From positions 1 to 64,000 of IMG/VR virus record IMGVR_UViG_3300015050_000842: a stretch of DNA of 64,000 nucleotides; one strand, given 5' to 3'. Both the position numbers and the translations under genes were made by a program. The stretch is from a virus (lineage: Duplodnaviria; Caudoviricetes). The notes below the pieces were generated by a model, which did not search any database, had not been told where the DNA came from, and saw only the letters and a program-made list of their open reading frames with translations. This document shows, one piece after another, positions 47,917 through 56,604 of the stretch (positions within the stretch are counted from its first letter, which is position 1; each line of letters starts with the position of its first letter).

Positions 47917-48030
47917 AATAAAAAACCCCACAAATACAAAGGCTGTCCAGTCTGCCGAGGTAGGCATAAGGCAATGTAGATGCAGGGATATTTTTAAATT
48001 TCTTCATAACTGAACAGCAAAACAAATTTA
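47917..48030 (-). promoter_or_regulatory. Promoter plus structured leader (copy 3) of an HNH gene
   Basis: TAAATTTG 48023-30; 48010-18 pairs with 47942-50; 47975-87 pairs with 47926-38; then T6 and ATG. Confidence 0.65.
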
Positions 48031-48046
48031 ATGTAAAGTTTTTTAA

Positions 48047-48301
48047 TTATACAAATAAATTTTCTATCTCGTTAAATGTTAAATCTTTTTCTATCTTTTG
48101 TATCTCTAAATAATCATCGCTAAATCTTAGGTTTCGGTAACAATCGTAATATTGTTTGCAACAAGCTATGAATAAGTCAGGGTTTTTCGGTGCGTAATCT
48201 TTTACTAATATCATTTGTCCTACTTTTAGTTTGTCTAATATGTTCCAACACTTACGTAAAACTCTGTCTTCAATCAAATCAGAATGGTTCAAAATTATCA
48301 T
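48047..48301 (-). CDS. Hypothetical protein
   Basis: ORF after the primase-helicase; ATG at 48301 preferred. Confidence 0.55.
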   Translation of the reverse strand: MIILNHSDLIEDRVLRKCWNILDKLKVGQMILVKDYAPKNPDLFIACCKQYYDCYRNLRFSDDYLEIQKIEKDLTFNEIENLFV

Positions 48302-50348
48302 CTTCTTGCTCTTTAATACTTTGGTCAAAACTATAATTTGGAGTTATCGCTGATTGTGATATTGGTTTAACTTTATTGTGAAACTCTAATATCGGGTTCA
48401 ATCCTTTTTCTGTAAATATCCTTGTCGTACAATACTCGAAACCGCAGCTACCTTGTATCATCTTTAAACTTATTGGATTAGCATATGGAGTTACTCTACC
48501 ACCTGTTTCGGTTTCTTTAACTTTTCTTACGTGGATTTCAGTAAACATCCATTCAGTAGGGTGTTGCGTAATTCGGTGTACTGTTATGAATTGGTCTGCT
48601 TTGTTTGCAAACATTACACCCATTTCGGTATCTTCTTTTTGCGGTGCTTTTGTATATCCGCTATTGTCTTTATTTCGTGCAGCAGGAGTTCCTACGTGGC
48701 AGTTTAAATATACGGAAAGGTTATTGTTTTTGCAATAAAGTTGAATGTAACTTGCTGCTTCATAGTGGTAATCGTATGTAGCTTGTTTCGTTCCATTTGG
48801 AATATCTAACTTTAATGAATTGTAAGGGTCAATCATTAATCCTTTGTATTTTTTCTTCTTTAAAGCCTTTGTTGTCATATTTAAAATATCCTTGTAGTTG
48901 AATAGACTTTCAGAGCATTTAATAATGTCAAAATTTTCAGTTACCCACTTTTTCCCTAAGTTATATTTTTCATCAGACATTGACTGTATTGATTCAGACC
49001 AATAAAATTCAATTAGTTTACGAACCACAGAACCTAACTTGTTTTCAGAACTAAATATTAACCACTTCCAATCATGTAAAACATTTGATAGTGTAGCTAA
49101 ATACCAAATAATACTCGACTTACCTACATTATCCAATCCGTTTATAATCACTAAATCTCCCTCTTTGAATAGATAATACTTGTCAAGGTCAGGTATTCCT
49201 GTGCTTTTACCTCTTTCAAATGTACCTGTTCTCCATTTTTGCAGGTATTCTTCGTAATCATTTTGAGTGGCAAGAAATGAGTAGTCATCATCTGTGGTAT
49301 CAATTACGCTTGGTATTTCGTTGTTATGGCTCGTTATCTTTTCTAACCTATCTCCATAACCTAATTCGTAAAGTTTTTTTGGCAACTCTTTAAAATCTCC
49401 ATTACATTCCAATACTGCAAAAACTGCGTATGGCTGATATGCTTTTTGAGATTCAAATTCTGTTGATGTACTAAAAACGCTAAACCAATTCTTTTCTTCA
49501 TCAAAATTTCCACTATGGTCGGCTTTGGTATCTCCGGGTCTTTGCATTAAAATCTTTCTGCCTTTTCTTCCGACTTCTTTCCATCCATGTTCAACTAATA
49601 AGCCAACTACATCGCCACGATTATTGTAATCTTCAAGCGGTGTTAAACCCTTTATTTGTTTCTTTTCTACTCGCTGACTCGGAACGTACTCTTTAATTAC
49701 TTCGTTGAACGAATAAGCAACATTAAACATTATAGTTCTTTGTTCAGGGGTTATGGTTTTAATATTGCTTAAATCTCCATAAACCAATTCATAGCCATTT
49801 GTTGGGTAACAAGCAATATATCCTTTCTCTCCCCTTGTTTCAATCAACACCCTAACCTTATCCTCTTTTGCTTCCCTCTCTGCTATTTTTTTAGCGTGGC
49901 TAACTCTTTTATCGTCAGTATCTAATTCAGTTGATTGTAGGGCTTCTAATAAGGCTCTATCGTAAGATTTAGTGTAGGTTGCTTGTTTCTCTGACAAGAT
50001 AGTTTCTCTTGAAGCAAGTTTTTGATTACCTGCTATGGTTTCGCATCGGTAAATAAAATGATAACCGTTGCTTACTGTTTTTTGAACAACCATTTTTGGA
50101 AGTATCGTATTGTCAAGTTCATTTATTGCTTTTTTAAACTCGTTAAACAATGTTCCTGTCAAATCATACTTCAAGTCAATATCAATCGCTTCAACATTTC
50201 CTGAAATAGAACCGCAGACTAATCCGATAGCTTTGGCATTATTGTAATCGTAATCCTTTTTAGTTTGTTCCCATTTTTGATGTATCGGTCTTTTATTTTC
50301 CAATACAGGCATGAATTGTAAACTCTTATCCTTTGATATAGGCTGCAT
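48279..50348 (-). CDS. Bifunctional Prim-Pol primase / SF4 (DnaB-like) helicase
   Basis: IGLVCG..SGNVEAIDID, QKT.SNGYH.IYR, IETRGEKGY; Walker A GLDNVGKS; MIDPYNSL; LNCH. Confidence 0.9.
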   Translation of the reverse strand: MQPISKDKSLQFMPVLENKRPIHQKWEQTKKDYDYNNAKAIGLVCGSISGNVEAIDIDLKYDLTGTLFNEFKKAINELDNTILPKMVVQKTVSNGYHFIYRCETIAGNQKLASRETILSEKQATYTKSYDRALLEALQSTELDTDDKRVSHAKKIAEREAKEDKVRVLIETRGEKGYIACYPTNGYELVYGDLSNIKTITPEQRTIMFNVAYSFNEVIKEYVPSQRVEKKQIKGLTPLEDYNNRGDVVGLLVEHGWKEVGRKGRKILMQRPGDTKADHSGNFDEEKNWFSVFSTSTEFESQKAYQPYAVFAVLECNGDFKELPKKLYELGYGDRLEKITSHNNEIPSVIDTTDDDYSFLATQNDYEEYLQKWRTGTFERGKSTGIPDLDKYYLFKEGDLVIINGLDNVGKSSIIWYLATLSNVLHDWKWLIFSSENKLGSVVRKLIEFYWSESIQSMSDEKYNLGKKWVTENFDIIKCSESLFNYKDILNMTTKALKKKKYKGLMIDPYNSLKLDIPNGTKQATYDYHYEAASYIQLYCKNNNLSVYLNCHVGTPAARNKDNSGYTKAPQKEDTEMGVMFANKADQFITVHRITQHPTEWMFTEIHVRKVKETETGGRVTPYANPISLKMIQGSCGFEYCTTRIFTEKGLNPILEFHNKVKPISQSAITPNYSFDQSIKEQEDDNFEPF

Positions 50349-51054
50349 ATTCTTCGTCTGTCATTGGTTTAACTCGTTCGGTTAGTAAATTTTTCTTTGG
50401 TACTTCGTTTAGGTATTTTTCAAACTTGTTACCAAACAATGTTTCAGGGTTTAGGTAAATACACATCTTTGGGTCATCAGTCCATTGTTGGACTTTGGTA
50501 TCAATCACAGACTTAAAATCTGAAATCTGAAATCCATCTTTCAATCTTGCAGAAATATTCTTTTTTGATATAACAGATTTTTCAGAAAAGTTTTTTGAAG
50601 TTTTTTCGTTTAAATATTTAACTACTAATAGTATATTATTATCATTATCATATTCAGGGATTTGCTTCACTTTTGCTTTCTTTTTGCTTTCTTTTTGCTT
50701 TTCATTTGCTTTATTACCACGACCACCCTCTTTACCACAGTTAGACCTAATTTCAGATAAATTGCTCTCACGTACCATTCTACGGCTAATTATACGGATT
50801 TTATCATCTTCAATAAACTCAAAATTGAGTATATTATTCTCATATAACTCGTTAAATATCTCCTTAGTTTTAGCTAAATCTGACTTAAAAAGTATTGAAA
50901 GTGTGTTAAAATTTGTCACAATTACGCCCTTTTTTTCTGACTTAAATAGCTTAAAAGTCAATTTTAATAAAGCAAATTCTGCGAGTGGAGAAATGCAGTT
51001 TGTGTCCTGTTCCCAATCTCCAATATATAGTGGTATGTAAGGTACTTTTGCCAT
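50326..51054 (-). CDS. Lambdoid-type replication initiator (DUF1376-like N-terminus, Phg_2220_C-like C-terminus)
   Basis: PYIPLYIGDW; YLNEKT.KNF...ARL.DGF...DFK.VID.K..QW....YL.PETLFGNKFEKYLN. Confidence 0.85.
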   Translation of the reverse strand: MAKVPYIPLYIGDWEQDTNCISPLAEFALLKLTFKLFKSEKKGVIVTNFNTLSILFKSDLAKTKEIFNELYENNILNFEFIEDDKIRIISRRMVRESNLSEIRSNCGKEGGRGNKANEKQKESKKKAKVKQIPEYDNDNNILLVVKYLNEKTSKNFSEKSVISKKNISARLKDGFQISDFKSVIDTKVQQWTDDPKMCIYLNPETLFGNKFEKYLNEVPKKNLLTERVKPMTDEEYAAYIKG

Positions 51055-51055
51055 A

Positions 51056-51244
51056 TTAAAATATAAAAATGTTCATACGTCTTTCCCTTATCTGATTAGC
51101 CAATGAATCACATATTTCAGCGCATATTTCTTCATAATCAAAATCTTCTGTTTCAAAATGTTCCATTTGATAGAAGTCATGTAATGCTTTTAAATCTGCT
51201 ATACTTAATTCAGATAGCTTTTCGTGGTTTATTTCTATGCTCAT
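51056..51244 (-). CDS. Small acidic hypothetical protein (ATG at 51244)
   Basis: In-frame ATG MSIEINHEKL; the track start is a TTG overlapping the upstream gene. Confidence 0.5.
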   Translation of the reverse strand: MSIEINHEKLSELSIADLKALHDFYQMEHFETEDFDYEEICAEICDSLANQIRERRMNIFIF

Positions 51245-51284
51245 AATTTCTCTATTTACGAATTGTATAAAGCCGACAAAAGAC

Positions 51285-51464
51285 TTAATCCTTTGGTCTA
51301 TCAAATCTGTTTAATAATGTTACACCGAATTTCTCGTAGGTTGGTAATCTCTTTTCGTTAATCCAATTATATATCGTTCTCTTTGTTTTATCAACAAGAA
51401 CTGCATATTCATCTATGGTAACGAGATTTTGAATTGGTGGTAATTTTTCTTTCGTTGTTTCCAT
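51285..51464 (-). CDS. 59-aa HTH DNA-binding protein (HTH_17/excisionase-like)
   Basis: METTKEKLPPIQNLVTIDEYAVLVDKTKRTIYNWINEKRLPTYEKFG...; LVT..E.A......TIYNW...RL motif. Not in the ORF track. Confidence 0.75.
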   Translation of the reverse strand: METTKEKLPPIQNLVTIDEYAVLVDKTKRTIYNWINEKRLPTYEKFGVTLLNRFDRPKD

Positions 51465-51468
51465 ATAT

Positions 51469-51476
51469 CAAATATA
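51469..51476 (-). promoter_or_regulatory. -7 promoter TATATTTG, near-leaderless, for the HTH/replication operon
   Basis: Box ends 4 nt before the ATG at 51464. Confidence 0.6.
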
Positions 51477-51512
51477 TATACTATTTCACAAATAATGAAA
51501 TTTATTTTCAAA

Positions 51513-51544
51513 TAAAAAAGCCCCATGTCTTTCGACACAGGGCT
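51513..51544 (-). terminator. Rho-independent terminator
   Basis: AGCCCTGTGTC-GAAA-GACATGGGGCT followed by T6 (GNRA loop). Confidence 0.9.
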
Positions 51545-51602
51545 AAACGAAATGAAAAACGAAAGACTAACACAAAGAGCCTGATGAAAAGCGATTGCTC
51601 TA
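51513..51602 (-). ncRNA. Putative ~90-nt small RNA antisense to early-gene start codons
   Basis: Bounded by TACCTTTG (51603-10) and the terminator; 5' hairpin; body complementary to several translation starts. Confidence 0.55.
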
Positions 51603-51627
51603 CAAAGGTATTACTTATTTTTAGATT

Positions 51628-52308
51628 TCAAAATGATTGTAAGAAATTATAAAGTTCTTTATTCCATTTAGCATCATCTAAAGCGTTGTGTTCATTTTCT
51701 TGTTTTGGAAATCCCTGCAATTCTTTAATTGCATCGAGTCTTTCTTTAAAAAAAGAACCTTCTGAAACAATCGAGTCGGTTAATTTTCGATTTTTAATAG
51801 GTAGGTTATATGCTTTTTCGTCTAACGCCTGCTTTAAGTCACGACAATACATCGGAAAACCTTTTGGTAAGTCAATCATCCTTCCGAATAAAGAACAGAA
51901 CACTACCCAATCATAATCAGCGTAATAAGCGTAAAATTCAATATCGTTGTATTTATAAGTTATATCGTAATATTTAGCTTTTTCTATTGTTATATTATCT
52001 TGCGTACAAAACTCAAAAACTTCTTGTGCAATCTGTTTATTTGTCTTTCCGAATATTTTATGGAATTGTTCGGCAGTAAAGCGATTTCTATTATCTCCGT
52101 GAACTAAATCGCAATAAATTTTATGAATAACATTATCCTTTACCCAATTATCTGCCTTTTTGTAATCATACTCACTACTTACTGCGTAATACTCTCTACC
52201 ATCCTCTGCAACGATACCAATGCTGATTATGTCGATAAAGTGTCTACGTTTGCCGAATAAAGGTTTATGAAACCCCTCAATAAATTCTGTGTCGATAAAA
52301 TATTTCAT
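51628..52308 (-). CDS. 3'-5' exoribonuclease, Rv2179c/DUF5051-like DEDDh
   Basis: YFIDTEF...ISIGIVAEDGREYYA...YYADYDWVVF..LFG.M..LP..FP...HNALDDA. Confidence 0.88.
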   Translation of the reverse strand: MKYFIDTEFIEGFHKPLFGKRRHFIDIISIGIVAEDGREYYAVSSEYDYKKADNWVKDNVIHKIYCDLVHGDNRNRFTAEQFHKIFGKTNKQIAQEVFEFCTQDNITIEKAKYYDITYKYNDIEFYAYYADYDWVVFCSLFGRMIDLPKGFPMYCRDLKQALDEKAYNLPIKNRKLTDSIVSEGSFFKERLDAIKELQGFPKQENEHNALDDAKWNKELYNFLQSF

Positions 52309-52318
52309 GTGGTTGTGG

Positions 52319-52768
52319 TTAAAAATTTAAAGTTGATTGTTCGTTAGGTAAAATTAAAACTGACCCTAAATATTCTGCCATCCAACGTGCTATATCGTCT
52401 ATGTAATCCATAAATTCCGTTGTGGTCAATGTTGCCGTACTACCTGTAATGTTTATCACATCGCCTGTAATCTCGCTTACCAAGTCTTTTTTAAGGAACT
52501 TAGCTTTAAGCATTTCGTGTACTATCTCGGCATTTAATTCAGAACGTGGATAGCCATTCTCTACCAAAGCATCTATTACCTGCAATATCAACGAGCCAAA
52601 ATAATATTTGTTCTGTTGTAAAGACCTCTGTTTCTTCCACTTCTCCACAGTAACCTTAACTGATTTACCTGCGAATTGTTTTAGGAAGTCATCGAAGTAC
52701 GTCTTTTGGTGTATCTTCTCTACTTTACCTTGTTCAGATATGTCGAATTTAAAACTTAGCTTCTGCAT
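52319..52768 (-). CDS. NinB/Orf-like recombination protein
   Basis: KQRSLQQNKYYF...HEMLK...STATLTTTEFMDYID. Confidence 0.7.
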   Translation of the reverse strand: MQKLSFKFDISEQGKVEKIHQKTYFDDFLKQFAGKSVKVTVEKWKKQRSLQQNKYYFGSLILQVIDALVENGYPRSELNAEIVHEMLKAKFLKKDLVSEITGDVINITGSTATLTTTEFMDYIDDIARWMAEYLGSVLILPNEQSTLNF

Positions 52769-52998
52769 TATCTTCTTTTACCTATGAATGAGTAAACAGC
52801 GGGTGATTTTTTAGATTCTCTTAAAATAGTTCTCTCGCTTTTTGGTTTTTCCTTACGATATTTATTCTTTGCGGCTTTATTATATGGTCTTGCGTAGTCT
52901 GCGTGGGCTTTTTTACATAAATCGCATCGACAGCCATAATTATATCCCGAGTTTGTTCCGTGTACTGTATTTCTTCCTTGTGGTCGCCCTTTTTTCAT
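52768..52998 (-). CDS. Small basic Cys-containing protein
   Basis: HGT.SGY..GCRC..C motif common in phages. Confidence 0.6.
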   Translation of the reverse strand: MKKGRPQGRNTVHGTNSGYNYGCRCDLCKKAHADYARPYNKAAKNKYRKEKPKSERTILRESKKSPAVYSFIGKRR

Positions 52999-53159
52999 TT
53001 CTTTGTCAGTTTATATCTCCAATAATCTAATTCTATTACTTTGTTTCGTTTCTGCCAACCATCTTCTACTGCCCAATAACCGCATGAACAAGTGTATAGC
53101 TTACCGTATTGTGTAAGACCTTGACCTAAGCACCTGTGGCAGAATAATTCTATGCTCAT
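52995..53159 (-). CDS. 54-aa Zn-finger-like protein (MSIELFCHRC...TCSCG)
   Basis: ATGA-coupled at both ends; translated by hand. Confidence 0.55.
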   Translation of the reverse strand: MSIELFCHRCLGQGLTQYGKLYTCSCGYWAVEDGWQKRNKVIELDYWRYKLTKK

Positions 53160-53566
53160 AATCCTAATCGTTTTTTGAGTCGGTTTATTTTAAAGTTTTC
53201 TTCCTCTAAGCAACTACCGAATAGCATTTCCATTTGTTTTATTGTTATCTTTACATCAGCGATTTCAGATTTAACTGCTTTGAAAAAATCATCTTCGGTT
53301 ACGGTCTTTGACATAAGAATTTCGGTATAATTTCTATATCTACATTTCAGTAATGCTTGCGTAAGTTCAGCCATTTCTTCGATACATTTATCAATCTGTC
53401 TGTCAGCACCGTATTTGTCGATTGCTTTTTGGAGTATTTGGTCGTTTGTCATGTTATTAATTTGTGGCATTTGTCCTACTTCGTCTAAGTATAATTGATT
53501 CTTTTTAAACCTTGACCCATCGTATGATTCTTTTGTAGGTGGCTTGAAGTATAGTTTATCTTTCAT
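53156..53566 (-). CDS. MazG-like NTP pyrophosphohydrolase with an N-terminal extension
   Basis: QIDKCIEEMAELTQAL...SEIADV motif. Confidence 0.8.
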   Translation of the reverse strand: MKDKLYFKPPTKESYDGSRFKKNQLYLDEVGQMPQINNMTNDQILQKAIDKYGADRQIDKCIEEMAELTQALLKCRYRNYTEILMSKTVTEDDFFKAVKSEIADVKITIKQMEMLFGSCLEEENFKINRLKKRLGL

Positions 53567-53910
53567 TTGAAAAGTCTTATTAAATCTTTAATGTCCTCTA
53601 TTGTGGTGGCTGTACTCATAATACCATTTAGGTAAACCACTTTCATGTTTAATGATACATGAATATCGTTTGTAGTTAAGTAAAGTTCATAGTATTCTTT
53701 TCCTTTTTCAAACCCCATCTCAATCAGGGCTTCGGGGGTGATTTTATTGCTCATGGCTATATTTTGTTCTTTTTCACAATCTTGAATATTATTACCTGAT
53801 ACATTACATTCAGAACCTACCGTACAACATTCATCGTCACAATGTAATTTTGTTGCAGGGCAAATCATGTCTTCAACTACTGTAATCTTTTTATTTGGTG
53901 TAGCTTTCAT
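53563..53910 (-). CDS. Hypothetical protein (looks like two fused small ORFs)
   Basis: Cys-rich N-terminal half, then an MSNKITPEALIEMGF-type second half. Confidence 0.5.
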   Translation of the reverse strand: MKATPNKKITVVEDMICPATKLHCDDECCTVGSECNVSGNNIQDCEKEQNIAMSNKITPEALIEMGFEKGKEYYELYLTTNDIHVSLNMKVVYLNGIMSTATTIEDIKDLIRLFK

Positions 53911-54203
53911 ACAATCGTTTTAAACCACGTTAATATTCTGTTAGTATAATTAGTCAAATCGGATAAGATATGCTCTCTTAGGCTCTTATTTGGCTTAATA
54001 ACGTACAATTCCATGTGTACTCGGTTTACGTAGTCAACATAGGAATCAACTTTAGCCCATTGTCCGTTCTGAAACGCTGTGATTACGTTTTGTCTGTGGT
54101 CAAAATAAGGTAAATCAGGGAGTGAGTCTGCAAGGAAAAGTAAATCTTGAACATAGATTGGCTTAATTCCGTGTTTTGAGGGTGCTTTGGTTGTGAATTT
54201 CAT
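53907..54203 (-). CDS. Hypothetical protein
   Basis: Packed ORF. Confidence 0.55.
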   Translation of the reverse strand: MKFTTKAPSKHGIKPIYVQDLLFLADSLPDLPYFDHRQNVITAFQNGQWAKVDSYVDYVNRVHMELYVIKPNKSLREHILSDLTNYTNRILTWFKTIV

Positions 54204-54291
54204 TTCGCTTAGTATTAAATTTATTTTTTAAATATTCTATATCCAACATACACTCCTAAAAAGTATGCAAATAATGTTATTAGTAAACCTT

Positions 54292-54498
54292 TCATGCGTA
54301 GTGTTTAGTAATATTGTTAAATGCTTCTGTTATTTCTTTATCTCCGATGTAAGCGAGTAATAACTCGTCTGCGGTAATATGTGCCAACTCGTAGTCTTTA
54401 GAGTCTTGTAGGGCTTGTAATGAGTCTAAGAGTTCTTGTTTCTTGTCAAGCCTCTCTTTTAGTTCGTTTGAATACTCGAATTTTGTTCTATCTGCCAT
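54292..54498 (-). CDS. Hypothetical protein
   Basis: E.AH..AD.LL...GD pattern common in phages. Confidence 0.6.
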   Translation of the reverse strand: MADRTKFEYSNELKERLDKKQELLDSLQALQDSKDYELAHITADELLLAYIGDKEITEAFNNITKHYA

Positions 54499-54671
54499 AG
54501 TATTGATTATTTAATAAATTCAGTTACCAAAGCACTTATTTGAATACCTAATAGTATTCCTACGATAAAGTAATACCAATTAAATCTGTTCTTACCTTCA
54601 CGTATTCCTAAATCAAAATAGTGCCTGTCGTTTTGTTCTTGTTTCGTTAGTTCTTCCATTTTATTAACTAT

Positions 54672-54932
54672 TTATAGGTTTTCTATCATAAATTCTAAAG
54701 ACTCAACGTATTTTTCATCTTCTGTCTTTACAACTGCTTTTGCAACTAAGATTATAGTTTCATCAGCATTTATTGGGGATGTTTGAAAAGTTTGCCAACT
54801 AAGTATGTGATGTTCATTTCTCCATTCATACAGTTGCTCATTGATACAAGACTGAATATTCAACGGAGCGTGTAGGCTTGTTAACTCCCAAGAAGCAAAA
54901 GTAAATACGTGCTTTAATTTAATAGTGTTCAT
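54672..54932 (-). CDS. Hypothetical protein
   Basis: Packed ORF. Confidence 0.55.
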   Translation of the reverse strand: MNTIKLKHVFTFASWELTSLHAPLNIQSCINEQLYEWRNEHHILSWQTFQTSPINADETIILVAKAVVKTEDEKYVESLEFMIENL

Positions 54933-54940
54933 TATATTAA

Positions 54941-55126
54941 TTATTTAACCCTTCGTTTTGTTACTATTGTTGCTTCACTTTCACACTCAAAGTGATTAGT
55001 AAAATACTCTTTAATAGCTTCATATACTGTTTCACCATCCATTGTGTACCTTACAAACTCTGTGTCTTTAAATGAAATAAAGTTTATTTCAACCTCATCT
55101 GTCATCTTAATCGTTAATTTCCTCAT
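54941..55126 (-). CDS. Hypothetical protein
   Basis: ATGA-coupled to the RepL-like gene. Confidence 0.55.
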   Translation of the reverse strand: MRKLTIKMTDEVEINFISFKDTEFVRYTMDGETVYEAIKEYFTNHFECESEATIVTKRRVK

Positions 55127-55623
55127 AGACCCAATTTCTTATTTGTGATTATCTTAAAATTATCTACTCCATTGTTATCAAATATCAGTTTAGCCACAAT
55201 CCTTTCAATTCGTTTCTTTTTCTCCCCATTAAAGAAATACTTCGGATGAACCAAGAACGCTGACCTGCTAGACTGCTTTATAATTAAACCTGACGAACTT
55301 AACTCCCCCCACGCTTGTTTAATTGTTTGGTCGGCATACTTAACCTTATCATTCGTAATAAGTGCTATAAACTCATTGAAAGCAATCCTGCTATCCTCTG
55401 TGTGGTAAACAATATTCTTATCATTCATTTCCTCACCTAACCAGTCCATTAAATTCCTTGCACAAGGACTTAGTCCTGCCAATAAATACAATGAGTTGTG
55501 AAAACGCTTCGTATGACTTAACTCAATCTTTTCCTCATTAATAACCTGAATCTTAATACCCTCATTCTCATCAAACTTCCACCCTGATATATAACTCAAT
55601 ATTCCTGTATCTTTCTTGCCCAT
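55123..55623 (-). CDS. RepL-like winged-helix replication protein
   Basis: LSPCARNLMDWL...EL...GLI.....FLVHPKYFFNG resembles the RepL Y.VNP.FF.G motif. Confidence 0.65.
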   Translation of the reverse strand: MGKKDTGILSYISGWKFDENEGIKIQVINEEKIELSHTKRFHNSLYLLAGLSPCARNLMDWLGEEMNDKNIVYHTEDSRIAFNEFIALITNDKVKYADQTIKQAWGELSSSGLIIKQSSRSAFLVHPKYFFNGEKKKRIERIVAKLIFDNNGVDNFKIITNKKLGL

Positions 55624-55637
55624 AGTTTATAAAAATC

Positions 55638-55764
55638 GTATACCAATAGTATCTACACAACAAACTTACAGTATTAATTTAAAACTACCAAAAGTATTTT
55701 TAAAAAGATACTAACACTTCCACAGTATACCTACACGATACTGACCAGTATACCCACAGTATAC
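55638..55764. repeat. Cluster of GTATAC-cored repeats (iteron/operator-like)
   Basis: GTATAC at 55638; CAGTATAC at 55723, 55746 and 55757; CCACAGTATAC twice. Confidence 0.6.
55661..55668 (-). promoter_or_regulatory. -7 promoter TAAGTTTG heading the leftward arm
   Basis: Exact TAnnTTTG 37 nt before the ATG at 55623. Confidence 0.55.
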
Positions 55765-55769
55765 TAACT

Positions 55770-56600
55770 TTCACTTAACTTCTTGATAATCAATGAAAAG
55801 TCTAAAATAATCGCTAAGACACTTGAGTGAACTAATCCTTACTGTTACATACTTTACAAGGTTACTTAATTACAATCAAAAAATTTCGCCAAAAAATTAA
55901 GGCATCAAACTATTCAAGTAATCATTACTACAATAATACAATTCGCTATATACCAATCGGGGTGGCTTGGTAAAGTGTTTGTAATTAATAACAGATACTA
56001 CGTGTGTTTATAACCGTGATGTTGTTGTTTGATAGTCTATGTTCATAGGGGGTGGACTATCCCCCCTGTCACCACTCTCTCCAATCACAAAATAAAGTCG
56101 TTTCCTCACATGGGGGTACTATCAAACGTAAAAGTTATCCAGCTATCTCAATCGTTTATCAGTCATCCATTATAAGTAAATCAAATCAGTTACCCTGAAT
56201 GATTGTTATGCTTGTTAAGTGGTAACGGTAACAGGTTAGTGAATGGTATTGTCTTGATTAGGTTATGCAATGGAATTGGATTTGATATGTTGTGTTTTAT
56301 GTGTGTATGTAAAGGAGAGAGGGATAAACAACCAACACAACACAAGTCCGCGTATGATATAGCCAAAAAACTATAATTAATCAATACCAAAGTAATAACT
56401 ATTAAAAACCCTGTTTAATGGTATTTAAACATAGAAAACGATTATTTTGTTAGTGTTGATATATCATACTATACAATGTATAAAGTGTCTTAAAACGTCT
56501 TAAAATAGGCTTAAATTAAATGTACTGTTTTTGGTTATGTATTATTATTTAGACTTATTATAAATTGCAAATATATTATGTATTAATTAAAATACTACTT
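55770..56600. other. Long non-coding divergence region (candidate origin or packaging terminus)
   Basis: No credible ORF; strand switch; G/C-run hairpin at 56047-56067. Confidence 0.5.
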
Positions 56601-56604
56601 ACTA

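Noticed and set aside
49840-49990. Extra ~35-aa helical segment in the Prim-Pol domain as a possible intein
   Set aside because: Too short, with no Cys/Ser start or His-Asn end; probably a variable loop.
51560-51600. Hammerhead ribozyme core (CTGATGA with a nearby GAAA) on the plus strand
   Set aside because: No GAAA after a stem II and no stem III/NUH cleavage site can be built; promoter and terminator polarity favour the minus strand.
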